DNA of 64,000 nt from an uncultured Alphaproteobacteria bacterium (GCA_963784395.1 CAWARI010000002.1:406043-470042); one strand, 5' to 3'. Numbered from the stretch's first letter, positions 53,795 to 64,000 are shown. Numbers and translations: made by a program. Notes: a model not told the origin generated them from the letters alone.

Positions 53795-55590
53795 GTCCGG
53801 GCCAATGCCTCGGCGGCAATCATCCGTGCGTAGAAATCGAGACCGTTACGACGCAACGCCGTCACCAGATGGAAAATGTGAACGCCGGGCACCGAGTTGA
53901 AGTCCTGCGCCTGCAAGCCAACGGCGGAGAGGACCGCCACGGTTCCCGCTTGCCGACGCTGCGAGGCGCCATCGATCGTTTCGGTCCAGACATTGCGCCG
54001 TCCAAGGCCGAGTACGTATTTCGCACTGATCCTGCCCGCTTCCTGGGCACCGATCTTGCCGAGGCCAGCGAGCCCTGCCACGAGCAATGCACTGCGCTGA
54101 CGATCCGTACTGTCATCCTCGTCGAGGAAATTCTCGAGCTCTGCGCCGTCGATTGAGGGCGTTGGCGACGCCAAGGCCAGCATCGCCCAGCAGCGGGCTC
54201 TTGCCGAGTTCGACATGTCGTCGATCACCGTCATCCAGCGCTCCGCTGCCGACTGGTTCCCGGACGCCAACATCGCCGCAATCAGGTCGGGTGCGACATC
54301 TTCAAGGTCGGCGTCGGGCGCGATCAGCGATGCCGCACGCGCGACCAGCGCGCGGCTCGCCTCTTTCTCGATCGGCGATCTCCCGGACGCCAACAACTTT
54401 CGGATCGCGGCAACACGCGCGTCCCGATCGGCGCCGACCATCGCCAAGCGCAATTGCCAAGCGTCGGTCTGGGCAAGCGAATCCGGTTCCGTCGAATCGT
54501 AGACTTGCGAATACAGATCGACCAACGCCTGCGAGGAGAATACCCCTAGTCCGGTCGCGACACGCGCAGCGGCCAAGCGATCGGCGGGCGTCAACATCGG
54601 CGCGCGCGCCTGCCAAGCAAGCAAACGCGGCGGCGCCTTAGCTAGCAACTTGTCGGGAAGAACAATCCCGGTGGCGGTCGCCAACCCGAACCGCCAGATC
54701 GTCAGTACGTCAACCGGCTCCCATTCGACCGTCGCGGCGCGCGCGGTATCCGCTCCTGCCCCGACGACCTTTGCAGCAAGGGTCAAATCGATTTGTTCGA
54801 ACCGACCACGGCGGCGCGATGTTTCGATATCGGACGCGGCGACTTCGCTGTTGCCGGAGAGCGAGGCGCACATCGCATCGACCAATGGCTTAATCCTGCT
54901 ATCGTTGCGGCTGACCCCCTCCTTGATCGGGCAAAGGGCTGCCGGATCGGCGCTTGCCAGCGCTACTTGGGTCCCGACCTGGTAGAGTTTCGGCGTGAAA
55001 TCGCGAACGTCGACACCTGCGACCAGCAGGCGCGCCGCGTCGGCTTCGCCCATGCGCAGCAACAGCCAGCTACGCTCGGCTACCCAATCCGCAGGGTGAG
55101 CGTCGGATGGCGCATTGCCGCCGGTCAGCAAGGCGTTGCGGATCATGACATGGCCCCAGCGTGACGCCAGAGGAGCCTTCGTACGGCGAAGCAGGATCGA
55201 CAGGAACTTGCCGCTCGATGCGCCCCACAATTGTTCGCCAAAACCAGACGTTCCGGGCTGGAGCGGGCCAACCAGCGCCACGTCACGGCGCGAACCGGCC
55301 GGCAGCTCGACCTGGGGGACGGGGCGCAGTGCAGCCACCGCCTCGGCACCGATTTCTGCCGGCGTCGCCTCGACAACATCGTTGCGATCGATCTGTCCTG
55401 CCGGCGTTGTCGACGCCTTTGACGGGGTCGCCGTGACCGGGGCAGGTTTGGGCGTCGAAGGGTCTCCAAAGCCCGGCGGCAGAATGGATTCCGGCTTATC
55501 CTGGGCAAGCGCCGGCAGCCCTACGATCAGGGCGCCCCCGGCAAGCAGCAGGAATAGTTTATTTCGCGGAAGCATCGGTTGCGACTTCAC
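53791..55590 (-). CDS. Conserved exported hypothetical protein upstream of xerD
   Basis: Signal peptide, Pro-rich linker, PESILPPGF, WVAERSWLLLRMG, ARMIAAEAL. Start is 55590 or 55575. Confidence 0.65.
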   Translation of the reverse strand: MKSQPMLPRNKLFLLLAGGALIVGLPALAQDKPESILPPGFGDPSTPKPAPVTATPSKASTTPAGQIDRNDVVEATPAEIGAEAVAALRPVPQVELPAGSRRDVALVGPLQPGTSGFGEQLWGASSGKFLSILLRRTKAPLASRWGHVMIRNALLTGGNAPSDAHPADWVAERSWLLLRMGEADAARLLVAGVDVRDFTPKLYQVGTQVALASADPAALCPIKEGVSRNDSRIKPLVDAMCASLSGNSEVAASDIETSRRRGRFEQIDLTLAAKVVGAGADTARAATVEWEPVDVLTIWRFGLATATGIVLPDKLLAKAPPRLLAWQARAPMLTPADRLAAARVATGLGVFSSQALVDLYSQVYDSTEPDSLAQTDAWQLRLAMVGADRDARVAAIRKLLASGRSPIEKEASRALVARAASLIAPDADLEDVAPDLIAAMLASGNQSAAERWMTVIDDMSNSARARCWAMLALASPTPSIDGAELENFLDEDDSTDRQRSALLVAGLAGLGKIGAQEAGRISAKYVLGLGRRNVWTETIDGASQRRQAGTVAVLSAVGLQAQDFNSVPGVHIFHLVTALRRNGLDFYARMIAAEALART

Positions 55591-55696
55591 TCTCGATCAC
55601 AGATTGCGGCACCTTGTCAGCGCTGGACGACAAGAAGAAGATCGCGCCGACGACGACCAGCAGGAGTAGGATCAGCAACAGGATTCCGCGGGGCAT
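55559..55696 (-). CDS. 45-aa single-pass membrane protein
   Basis: MPRGILLLILLLLVVVGAIFFLSSSADKVPQSVIESEVATDASAK, divergent from aroK. Confidence 0.55.
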   Translation of the reverse strand: MPRGILLLILLLLVVVGAIFFLSSSADKVPQSVIESEVATDASAK

Positions 55697-55766
55697 ATTT
55701 TTTCCGTCTCGATTGATGATTGAAGGCCTTTTGCCCGACCACCCATCCCTATGTATAGCCCGCAAT

Positions 55767-56306
55767 GTGGAAAAGCTGATCGACAATCTTGATCGTCCGA
55801 TCGTCCTTGTCGGCTTGATGGGGGCTGGGAAGTCGACGGTGGGTCGCCGTCTTGCCAAAAAGCTCGGCCTGCCTTTCGTCGACAGCGACGACGCCATCGA
55901 GGACGCAGCCGGTTACAGCGCCGCCGAAATTTTCGAACGCTTCGGCGAAAAGGATTTCCGCGATGGGGAGCGCCGACTGGTTGCGCGCCTGATCGATGGG
56001 ACCGTTGGCGTGGTTGCAACCGGCGGCGGCGCTTTCGTGGACCCGCGCACCCGCGAATTGCTCAACGAACGTGCAATCACCGTGTGGCTCGATGCGCCGG
56101 TCGCAGTTCTTGCCGAGCGGACATCGCGCCGCGACACACGTCCGCTGCTGCGCGGCGGCGATGCGAAAGCGACGCTTGAACGGCTCGCCGAGGAGCGCCG
56201 TCATTCCTATTCGGAAGCGCATATCCGAATCACCAGCGGCGGGGGTGGCCACCACGACGTGGTCGAACGGATCATCGCCGCAGTAAAGCGCCACTTGCAA
56301 TCATGA
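55767..56306 (+). CDS. aroK: Shikimate kinase
   Basis: GLMGAGKSTVG, DSD, FRDGE, ATGGG, RPLL. GTG start. Confidence 0.95.
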   Translation: MEKLIDNLDRPIVLVGLMGAGKSTVGRRLAKKLGLPFVDSDDAIEDAAGYSAAEIFERFGEKDFRDGERRLVARLIDGTVGVVATGGGAFVDPRTRELLNERAITVWLDAPVAVLAERTSRRDTRPLLRGGDAKATLERLAEERRHSYSEAHIRITSGGGGHHDVVERIIAAVKRHLQS

Positions 56307-57373
56307 CGACAATCACCGTGGTCCACGGCCAGATCAGCTACGACATCATCGTCGGCGACCTTTCCGGCGCACTTCCGCAGATCGATCGTTTGTCCGACGG
56401 TCGGCTGCTGCCGCTGGTCAGCGACGAAACCGTGTTCGGGTTGCACGGCGCGAAGCTGACTGATGTCGCGATGATTCCACCGATCCTTGTTCCGCCGGGC
56501 GAAGCGGCGAAGGACTGGAGCGGGTTGCGTAAGGTTGTCACCGCACTTGCTGAACGCGGTGTCCAGCGCGGTACACCGTTCATCGCGCTCGGTGGTGGAT
56601 CGATTGGCGACCTGACGGGCCTGTCAGCAGCGCTCTACATGCGTGGAAATCCGGTCATTCACATTCCAACGACCTTACTTGCGCAGGCCGACAGCGCAGT
56701 AGGCGGAAAAACCGCGATCGATTCCGACGGGGTGAAGAACCTGGTCGGTCTGTTTCACCCGCCCGCTCTGGTCGTCGTCGACCCGGCGCTCATCGACACG
56801 CTCGACCGCCGCCAGTCCATCGCGGGATATGCGGAGATCGCGAAATATGGATTGATCGACGATCCCGAATTTTTCCTGTGGTGCGAACGCTACGGCGCAG
56901 CAATCGTAACTGGATCGGCAGACGCGCGCCTGCACGCCATCACGCATTGCTTAAAGGCCAAGGCGCGGTCCGTGATGGCCGACCCGGAAGAACGGACTGG
57001 GGTGCGCGCGTTACTCAATCTGGGCCACAGCTTTGGCCATGCCATCGAATCGGCCGCCGGTCTCGGCGGCTTGTTACATGGCGAGGCGGTCGCCATCGGC
57101 ATGGCAACTGCGTTCCGGCTGTCCGCAAAGCTTGGGCTATGTCCTGATAAAGATTCCGAACGGGTGTCGGCGCATCTCGCCTCGGTCGGACTGCCGACGC
57201 GGATCGCCGATAGCGGGGTAGATCGCCGCTCGCTGATCGACTGGATGTCGCTCGACAAGAAAAATGCCGAAGGGCGGCTAACCCTGATCCTTGTTCGGGG
57301 AATCGGCCGGGCCTTCGTCGACCGATCGATCGACCGGACCATCGTCGCCGACTTTCTCTCGCGCGCTCCCTGA
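56303..57373 (+). CDS. aroB: 3-dehydroquinate synthase
   Basis: ALGGGSIGDL, PTTLLAQADSAVGGKT, KNLVG, LNLGHSFGHAIE, HGEAV, DKK. Confidence 0.95.
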   Translation: MTTITVVHGQISYDIIVGDLSGALPQIDRLSDGRLLPLVSDETVFGLHGAKLTDVAMIPPILVPPGEAAKDWSGLRKVVTALAERGVQRGTPFIALGGGSIGDLTGLSAALYMRGNPVIHIPTTLLAQADSAVGGKTAIDSDGVKNLVGLFHPPALVVVDPALIDTLDRRQSIAGYAEIAKYGLIDDPEFFLWCERYGAAIVTGSADARLHAITHCLKAKARSVMADPEERTGVRALLNLGHSFGHAIESAAGLGGLLHGEAVAIGMATAFRLSAKLGLCPDKDSERVSAHLASVGLPTRIADSGVDRRSLIDWMSLDKKNAEGRLTLILVRGIGRAFVDRSIDRTIVADFLSRAP

Positions 57374-59173
57374 TTCCTCGACCATCGGACGATCCGGCCG
57401 GAAGGCACGTTCATCACCGGCATGGAGGTCGCCTGTCGCGCTCTGCCGCTCGAGCCGTTCGCAGTCGCGATTGCGATATTCGCTTTCGACCCGATCGATG
57501 ATGTCCCGGTCGAAGCCGACCTGCTTGAGCGCCTGCCGCCCCATCTTCACCGCGCTGTCGAACATTTCGCGCTGGGCATAAGCAAGATCGAGCGAGTCAA
57601 GCGACAGCAGATGACGCCGATCGAATGCGCGGACCATCACCGAAGCCTGTGGAAATGCCTCGAGGATTTTTTCCAGCGCATCGTGGGAAAGCGACCCGTC
57701 TTCGTTGTCGTTGCAAAAGATGATCGCGCGGGCGTCGCCGGCGCCAGCGGTGCGCAACAAGTCGACGCGGGTCCCGTCACCGAAATACACCTTGGTGCCG
57801 AATTCTTCGCTCAACTCGATCTGTTGCGGCTTTTTGTCGATCAGCGTTACGCCGACCTTCTTGGCCATCAGCATCTGTGCGACAGTCTGGCCGAACCGGC
57901 CATATCCCACGACGATAACCGGTGCGTCCGGCGACTTTTCCGGCCCTTCCATATCGTCCCGGCTCACCGCGCGCCGGTCGAGCCAGCCGGTCAGTCGCAT
58001 CAGGAACGGTGTCGAAGCCATCGACAAGGTGACGACCGCACCAAACAACGATGCTGCCTCCGGCAGGATCAGTCGCGCGGCCGCTGCCTGCGCGAACAGG
58101 ACAAACCCGAATTCCCCTGCCTGGCTGAGCAACAGTCCAAGGCGAATACTGCGCCGCCAGTCATTGCCGAACAGCTTTGCAAGGGCGGTGACGATCAATC
58201 CCTTGATGACGACAACGGCGGTGGCGATTCCAATAACGAACAGCGGACGCTCCGCGATTACGCGAAGGTCCAGCATCATGCCGACTGCCATGAAGAAGAG
58301 GCCAATCAGGATGCTCCGGAACGGCTCGACGTCGCTTTCGATCTCGTGGCGATAGGGCGATTCGGCGAGCATCACGCCTGCAACGAACGCGCCCAAGGCG
58401 ACCGACAGGCCAAGCAGGTGCATCAAAGTCGCGGCCGCGATCACCGTGAAAAGACCAGCAACGATGAACAATTCCTGTTCCGCGAAACGGCCGATCAGGC
58501 GGAACATCGGATTGAGTAGGAAACGTCCCGCAAGCACGAGACCGGCGACCGCAAGCACAGTGTAGAGCGCCAGCGTCCACCCCGTCGGTGTGCTCGGGTC
58601 AGGCGCGACGCGCGACATTGCGGCAATGATCGTGATCAGCGGAACGATCGACAAATCCTGGAACAGCAGGACGGAAAACGCCCGCTCACCGCGCGGCGTG
58701 TTGAGCAGCCCGTCGGCCCGAAGCATCGGGAGCACCTGAGCGGTCGACGACAAGGCTAGCGACAGGCCAAGCGCGAGCGAAGATTCAGGCGAAATGCCTA
58801 GCGCGAGGTAGATGAATCCGCTGAGCGCGAGGCCGCAAATCGTGACCTGCGTGAACCCAAGTCCAAAGATGTCCTTGCGAAGTCGCCACAAGCGGCTCGG
58901 ATTGAGCTCCAGCCCGATGATGAAGAGCAGCAGTGCGATCCCTATCTCGGAGATGGACGCGAGCCGTTCGGGTTCACCGACTAGGTCCAGCACCTGCGGC
59001 CCGATGATTACGCCGCCAACGATATAGCCAAGGGTCGCGCCCAGACCGAGCTTTCGGAACACCAGCACCGAGAGAAGTGCCGCACCGAGCATGACCGCAA
59101 GCGCTTCGAGCATCGTCCCGGTCGCATGCGCCGTCTCGGCTGCGGTCGCTGCAGCGAGCATCAGGTTCGTCAT
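57278..59173 (-). CDS. CPA2 cation:proton antiporter with TrkA-N domain (KefB/KefC-like)
   Basis: GIALLLFIIGLEL, ALSSTA, LLFQDL, GAFVAG, QAGEFGFVL, GYGRFGQ, GDGTR. Confidence 0.92.
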   Translation of the reverse strand: MTNLMLAAATAAETAHATGTMLEALAVMLGAALLSVLVFRKLGLGATLGYIVGGVIIGPQVLDLVGEPERLASISEIGIALLLFIIGLELNPSRLWRLRKDIFGLGFTQVTICGLALSGFIYLALGISPESSLALGLSLALSSTAQVLPMLRADGLLNTPRGERAFSVLLFQDLSIVPLITIIAAMSRVAPDPSTPTGWTLALYTVLAVAGLVLAGRFLLNPMFRLIGRFAEQELFIVAGLFTVIAAATLMHLLGLSVALGAFVAGVMLAESPYRHEIESDVEPFRSILIGLFFMAVGMMLDLRVIAERPLFVIGIATAVVVIKGLIVTALAKLFGNDWRRSIRLGLLLSQAGEFGFVLFAQAAAARLILPEAASLFGAVVTLSMASTPFLMRLTGWLDRRAVSRDDMEGPEKSPDAPVIVVGYGRFGQTVAQMLMAKKVGVTLIDKKPQQIELSEEFGTKVYFGDGTRVDLLRTAGAGDARAIIFCNDNEDGSLSHDALEKILEAFPQASVMVRAFDRRHLLSLDSLDLAYAQREMFDSAVKMGRQALKQVGFDRDIIDRVESEYRNRDCERLERQSATGDLHAGDERAFRPDRPMVEESGSAREKVGDDGPVDRSVDEGPADSPNKDQG

Positions 59174-59610
59174 GACTGGAGCCTCCGGGCTTCACGAGCA
59201 AGCGCGCGGAAGGGAAGCAGGATCGCACCATGGCGGCCAGCGCGTGTGCGGGCAGGTTCGAGCAGGTCGAGGCCCGGCCACGGTGCGGATGCCTCTTTTC
59301 CGCTAAGCCAATTGGCAACCAACTCGTCGACTTCGGTGAGCGATTGAGCGGTTCGTCCGACAGCGGCGCTCGCGACCAGTGCGGCCGCGGCCTGACCGAA
59401 AGCGCATGCCTGTACTGCTTGGCGGACGGAGACGATGCAACCCTCCTCGTCTCGATCGATGGCAAGGCGAAGGCGACTTCCACAAGCGGGTGAACGCAAT
59501 TCGCTTTCTTCGGCGAGTTCGGCGAAGTCGACCTGATTCGGGATCGCCGCTGCAAGCCGCAGGATCTCGCGCGTGTAAATCGGATCGCCGACGCTCACGC
59601 TCGCCGCCAT
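59170..59610 (-). CDS. NifU-N/IscU-like Fe-S scaffold-family protein
   Basis: YTREILRLA, SPACGS, QACAFGQAAA. Two Cys only. Confidence 0.7.
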   Translation of the reverse strand: MAASVSVGDPIYTREILRLAAAIPNQVDFAELAEESELRSPACGSRLRLAIDRDEEGCIVSVRQAVQACAFGQAAAALVASAAVGRTAQSLTEVDELVANWLSGKEASAPWPGLDLLEPARTRAGRHGAILLPFRALAREARRLQS

Positions 59611-60905
59611 GTCGTCCCGTCCGGCCCGTCCTCGAGCAAGATCCCGTCTGCCTTGAGTTCGTCACGAATACGATCCGCCGTTGTGAAGTCACGGGCTTTC
59701 TTCGCCGCGTCGCGCTCGGCAATGAAAACTTGGATCGCGGAATCATCATCCGACCCACTGCGGAACCAGTCGTCCTGGCTTTCCTCGAGCAAACCAAGGA
59801 ATTGCGCCGAAGCCTTGAGCGTCGATGGATCGGATATCTGGCCGAGACGCGCCATTGCGAGCGGCGTGTTGAGGTCGTCGCGCAACGCATCGATCATGCC
59901 TTTGTCGATTGCGCCTGCTTCGACGTTGCCAGCCTTGCGGTAAAGGCCGTCCAATGTCGCCTTCGCTTGCGCAATCAGTGCTTCGGTCCATGGCAACGGC
60001 TGGCGATAATGCGCCGATAGCAACGCCAGCCGCAGGACCTCACCTTTGTGCGACTTCAGCAATTGCTCCGGCGTGACGACATTGCCGAGCGACTTGGACA
60101 TCTTCTCCGCGCCCATGTCGACAAAACCATTGTGCACCCAATATCGCGCTAGCGGCGCGCCGTCGTGGGCGCATCGGCTTTGGGCGATTTCATTCTCGTG
60201 ATGCGGGAAGATGAGGTCCAGTCCGCCACCATGGATATCGATCGTCTCGCCCAGATGCGCGCGGATCATCGCCGAACATTCGATGTGCCATCCGGGGCGC
60301 CCGCGTCCCCACGGGCTATCCCAGCCGACCTGATCGACATCGCTTGGCTTCCACAGGACGAAGTCTGCGGGATCGCGCTTGTACGGCGCCACTTCGACAC
60401 GCGCACCGGCGATCATCGCATCGCGGTCGCGCCGCGACAGCGCGCCATAGTCGGGGTCGCTCTGAACCGCGAACAGGACATGACCTTCGGCTTCATAGGC
60501 ATGACCCTTGGCGACCAATGTTTCGATCATCGCGATCATAGGCGCGATTTCCTGCGTCGCATGTGGCGCGACCGTCGGCGGTTTGACGCCCAGCGCGCCC
60601 ATATCGTCAAGGTAGAAACACTCGAACCGGTCGGTGATCACGCCGACATCGACGCCTTCCGACGTTGCCGATGCCATGATCTTGTCGTCCACGTCGGTGA
60701 CATTGCGGGCATAGATGACGTCAGCGTCGGGATAGGCCTGTTCCAGCACACGGCGAAGCAGGTCGAAGATGACCGCAGGGCGCGCGTTGCCGATATGGGC
60801 GCGACCGTAAACCGTGGGGCCGCAGGCATACATGGTTATCCGTGCCGGGTCGGCGGGCACGAAGTCGCGCTTCGCGCGCGCCAGCGTGTCATGGAGCCGG
60901 ATCAT
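59595..60905 (-). CDS. cysS: Cysteine--tRNA ligase
   Basis: [46 protein letters not shown]. Confidence 0.98.
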   Translation of the reverse strand: MIRLHDTLARAKRDFVPADPARITMYACGPTVYGRAHIGNARPAVIFDLLRRVLEQAYPDADVIYARNVTDVDDKIMASATSEGVDVGVITDRFECFYLDDMGALGVKPPTVAPHATQEIAPMIAMIETLVAKGHAYEAEGHVLFAVQSDPDYGALSRRDRDAMIAGARVEVAPYKRDPADFVLWKPSDVDQVGWDSPWGRGRPGWHIECSAMIRAHLGETIDIHGGGLDLIFPHHENEIAQSRCAHDGAPLARYWVHNGFVDMGAEKMSKSLGNVVTPEQLLKSHKGEVLRLALLSAHYRQPLPWTEALIAQAKATLDGLYRKAGNVEAGAIDKGMIDALRDDLNTPLAMARLGQISDPSTLKASAQFLGLLEESQDDWFRSGSDDDSAIQVFIAERDAAKKARDFTTADRIRDELKADGILLEDGPDGTTWRRA

Positions 60906-61408
60906 TTTTCGCTGCCGGTGCGGCGCTGTTCCACCCAGTCGGCGACTGCCTTGCTGCTGGCGTTGAGCAATGGGTAGGTGCGGGAGCTGGTCATCCACTC
61001 GGGACGCTCGGTCTGTGGGCCATAGACCAGGTCGGTCGCCAAATGGGCGAGCAGGAAGAACAACGTCGCCCCGATCAGGCCCTTGAGCATACCGAAGCCG
61101 CCGCCAAGAATCCGGTCGATCGGGCCGAGCACCGAGCGGCGTGCCCTGCCACCGACGGCCCGGGCGAAGAGTTTCACCGCAATATATGTCGGCAGGAACA
61201 GCAGGACAAAGGTGACCGCGGCCGCGCCAGCATCGGTTCCGACCGACCCGACCAGCGCATCGGCAACCGGCGCGTGAAACATTTTCAGGATGATCACGCC
61301 GGCGACCCAGGCCATCAGCGACAGGATTTCGTGGGCGAAGCCGCGCACGAAGCCGACCATGGCTCCACCGCCGAGCAGGAGAAGTACGAAGATATCGAGC
61401 GCCGTCAT
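60902..61408 (-). CDS. CvpA family membrane protein
   Basis: LDIFVLLL...GFVRGFAHEILSL, DRILGGGFGMLKG. Confidence 0.88.
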   Translation of the reverse strand: MTALDIFVLLLLGGGAMVGFVRGFAHEILSLMAWVAGVIILKMFHAPVADALVGSVGTDAGAAAVTFVLLFLPTYIAVKLFARAVGGRARRSVLGPIDRILGGGFGMLKGLIGATLFFLLAHLATDLVYGPQTERPEWMTSSRTYPLLNASSKAVADWVEQRRTGSEK

Positions 61409-61449
61409 GTCCTTGCCGCTAGCCTCCCTCTTGCTTCGATGCCAGCCCC

Positions 61450-62814
61450 TTAGCGGCCAAGGATGCGATCGACGAGCGCCTTCAACGTCGCGAAATGCTC
61501 GAGCGACATCCCGTCCGCGCTGGTGCCTGTCGGCGTCCATGCCCGCTCGAAGCCCAGTTTGGACGCCTCTTTTAGGCGGAGGCCGGCATGGGCGACCGGC
61601 CGGACTTCGCCGGACAAAGCAACTTCGCCAAGCACGATTGCGTCCTGCGGTACCGGTCGTTCGCTGATCGCGCTAACCAACGTCGCCGCGACCGCAAGAT
61701 CGGCAGCCGGGTCGCTGAGCCGATATCCGCCCGCGACGTTCAGATAGACTTCGACCGTCGCGAATGAGAGACCGCAGCGCGCCTCGAGCACCGCCAGGAT
61801 CATCGCCAGCCTGCCGCTGTCCCAACCGACCGCCGACCGTCGCGGCGTCGCACCGCTGGCAAGGCGAACAGTCAGCGCCTGGAGTTCGACAAGGACCGGC
61901 CGCGTGCCTTCGATGGCCGGGAAAATCGCGGTTCCGCTGACCGCCTCGGCGCGCTTGGTCAGGAACAGGCTGGATGGATTGCCGACCTCGGCGAGTCCGG
62001 CTCCTTCCATCGCGAACACGCCAATCTCGTCGGTGCCACCGAAGCGGTTCTTGATGGCGCGCAGGATCCGATATTGGTGGCTCCGCTCCCCTTCGAAGCT
62101 GAGCACGGTATCAACCATATGTTCGAGCACTCGAGGACCGGCGATCGAGCCGTCCTTGGTGACATGGCCGACCAGGACGACCGCAGTTTCGTGCTGCTTC
62201 GCAAAGCGCACCAATTCCTGAGCGGACGAGCGGACTTGGCTGACAGTGCCTGGTGCACCTTCGATTAGGTCGCTGTGCATGGTCTGGATAGAATCGATCA
62301 CGACCAGCGCCGGTGCTTCGCCTTCTCCTAGCGTCGTCAGAATGTCCCTAACACTGGTGGCAGCGGCCAATTCGACCGGCGACCCGCCGAGGCCGAGGCG
62401 AAGCGCACGCAGCCGAACCTGGTTGGCGGCTTCCTCACCGGACACGTAGATCACCCGGCGACCGCTCGACGCCAGCTTGGCAGCGACCTGCAACAACAAG
62501 GTCGATTTACCGATCCCCGGATCGCCGCCGACCAAGGTTGCCGATCCAGCGACGAGGCCGCCGCCGACCGCGCGATCGAATTCGGTGATCCCCGTGCTCA
62601 TCCTCTCCGGAAGCGCCACTTCCTCGTCCAGGCTGCTGAGCAGGACGGTGCGGCCACCGCTCGACAGGTCGTGCTTCGCGGAAAAAACGGTCGATACGGT
62701 TCCGGCGTCTTGCACGAGACTGTTCCAGTCGCCGCAATCGCCGCACTGGCCCTGCCAACGCGAGGAGACGGAGCCACAGGACTGGCAGACGTAACGGGAC
62801 TTGGTTTTAGCCAT
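61450..62814 (-). CDS. radA: DNA repair protein RadA/Sms
   Basis: CQSCG..W.GQCGDC Zn finger, GDPGIGKS, KNRFG, Lon-like C-terminus. Confidence 0.97.
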   Translation of the reverse strand: MAKTKSRYVCQSCGSVSSRWQGQCGDCGDWNSLVQDAGTVSTVFSAKHDLSSGGRTVLLSSLDEEVALPERMSTGITEFDRAVGGGLVAGSATLVGGDPGIGKSTLLLQVAAKLASSGRRVIYVSGEEAANQVRLRALRLGLGGSPVELAAATSVRDILTTLGEGEAPALVVIDSIQTMHSDLIEGAPGTVSQVRSSAQELVRFAKQHETAVVLVGHVTKDGSIAGPRVLEHMVDTVLSFEGERSHQYRILRAIKNRFGGTDEIGVFAMEGAGLAEVGNPSSLFLTKRAEAVSGTAIFPAIEGTRPVLVELQALTVRLASGATPRRSAVGWDSGRLAMILAVLEARCGLSFATVEVYLNVAGGYRLSDPAADLAVAATLVSAISERPVPQDAIVLGEVALSGEVRPVAHAGLRLKEASKLGFERAWTPTGTSADGMSLEHFATLKALVDRILGR

Positions 62815-62877
62815 GCCAAAAGCTCTAGCATCCGCCTGCCGCTTGTCGAGCGGTCGGCGCCTCGCTACGCGCCGCAT

Positions 62878-64000
62878 ATGCCACTTATTCCAGAGCCGAT
62901 GCGCGTCGGCGACTTCCGGCTGTTCTGGATCGCCCGCTTCGCGGCGGTTCTCGCGACCATGGGGATGGTCGTGATCATCGGCTATCAGGTCTACGACGTC
63001 GCCCGATCGGATTACGGCATGTCGATCCGCCAGGCGTCGCTGGTGCTCGGCATGCTGGGCTTTGCGCAATTCCTCCCCCTTGCGCTGCTCACCCCGGTCG
63101 CCGGGCTGGTCGCGGACCGCTACGAGCGGCGCACGGTCGCCCGGCTCGCCAATCTGGTCGATATGGGCGTCGCGCTCGGGCTTGGCTGGATGACAGCGAC
63201 CGACAGCTTGAACCTGCCGCTCATGTTCCTGTTCGCAGCGTTGCACGGCGTTGCCCGCGTCTTCGTCAATCCCGCAATGTCGTCGATTGCGCCCAATATC
63301 GTGCCCGCCAAGATCCTTCCCGAAGCGATCGCGATGAGCTCAATCGCGTGGCAAGTCGCTTCAGTATGTGGGCCGGCGCTGGGCGGCTTCCTCTACGCCG
63401 CGGATCCTGCGATGCCTTATTGGGTTGCGGCGGCGCTGATGGGGGTCGCGATCATTGCGCTCACCCCAATCCGGCCGGTTCATCCACCCGCCGACCCGGC
63501 GCAGCGTCTCATCCACCCATTCCGCCGAATGGTCGACGGGCTGCTCTACGTTCGGAACCACCGGTTCCTGCTGGGCGCGATCACACTGGACCTGTTCGCG
63601 GTCTTGCTTGGCGGGGCCACTGCGATGCTGCCGGTATTTGCGCGCGACATATTGCAGGTTGGGACGGAGGGCCTGGGCCTCCTTCGCGCCGCGCCTGCGG
63701 TGGGCGCTTCCAGCCTCGCGATTTACTACGCATGGTTTCCGTTGCGGAAAGATGTCGGCATCAAGATGTTGCTGGCGGTGGCCGGCTTCGGTGCGATGAC
63801 GATCCTGTTCGGCGTGTCGAAGTCGATGACCCTGAGCCTCGCCGCACTGGTGATGCTCGGCGGGTTCGACATGTTGTCGGTCTACGTCCGCTCCAGCCTT
63901 GTCCAGCTTCATACTCCCGATGCGATGCGTGGGCGAGTTTCGGCGGTTTCGGGGCTCGCAATCTCGGCGTCCAACGAACTGGGTGAGCTGCAATCCGGTT
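62878..64000 (+). CDS. MFS transporter (partial, runs off the right edge; absent from ORF track)
   Basis: Manual translation MPLIPEPMRVGDFRLFWIARF...GLVADRYERR (MFS motif A)...ITLDLFAVLLGG...PDAMRGRVS. Confidence 0.88.
   Translation, partial: MPLIPEPMRVGDFRLFWIARFAAVLATMGMVVIIGYQVYDVARSDYGMSIRQASLVLGMLGFAQFLPLALLTPVAGLVADRYERRTVARLANLVDMGVALGLGWMTATDSLNLPLMFLFAALHGVARVFVNPAMSSIAPNIVPAKILPEAIAMSSIAWQVASVCGPALGGFLYAADPAMPYWVAAALMGVAIIALTPIRPVHPPADPAQRLIHPFRRMVDGLLYVRNHRFLLGAITLDLFAVLLGGATAMLPVFARDILQVGTEGLGLLRAAPAVGASSLAIYYAWFPLRKDVGIKMLLAVAGFGAMTILFGVSKSMTLSLAALVMLGGFDMLSVYVRSSLVQLHTPDAMRGRVSAVSGLAISASNELGELQSG

Noticed and set aside
61450-63246. 598-aa radA ORF and 467-aa cysS ORF with long N-terminal extensions
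   Set aside because: The extensions overlap neighbouring genes. Family-typical starts are at 62814 (MAKTKSRYVC) and 60905 (MIRLHDT).

Overview
High-GC alphaproteobacterial chromosome segment, most consistent with Sphingomonadaceae (inferred from gene order such as cpdR-tRNA-Val, trcR, orphan cpaF, radA-cvpA-cysS and xerD-accA). It is mostly housekeeping: the F1 ATP synthase operon atpHAGDC, queA/tgt, coaD/ispA/xseB, clpA, uvrA, folE, accA, xerD, aroKB, cysS, radA, several peptidases and two tRNAs (Val-GAC, Arg-CCT). I saw no CRISPR array, transposase or prophage. The strongest candidate for an undescribed system is a translationally coupled three-gene operon (13814-18355) that ends 22 bp from the 3' end of tRNA-Val. 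It encodes an adenylate-forming ligase, a beta-decarboxylating dehydrogenase with altered substrate-binding residues, and a cysteine hydrolase-aldehyde dehydrogenase fusion. Other notable items: a 62-aa four-Cys YHS-like gene between atpD and a truncated atpC; an MmgR/SuhB-like sRNA; an apparently decaying comF with a compensated double frameshift; a frameshifted OmpA-family gene; two tandem Flp pilins with CtrA-like boxes; and tandem gluzincin-TPR paralogs. Several real genes are missing from the ORF track: the edge sulfotransferase, the edge MFS transporter and the second pilin. All family assignments come from motif recognition, not database searches.
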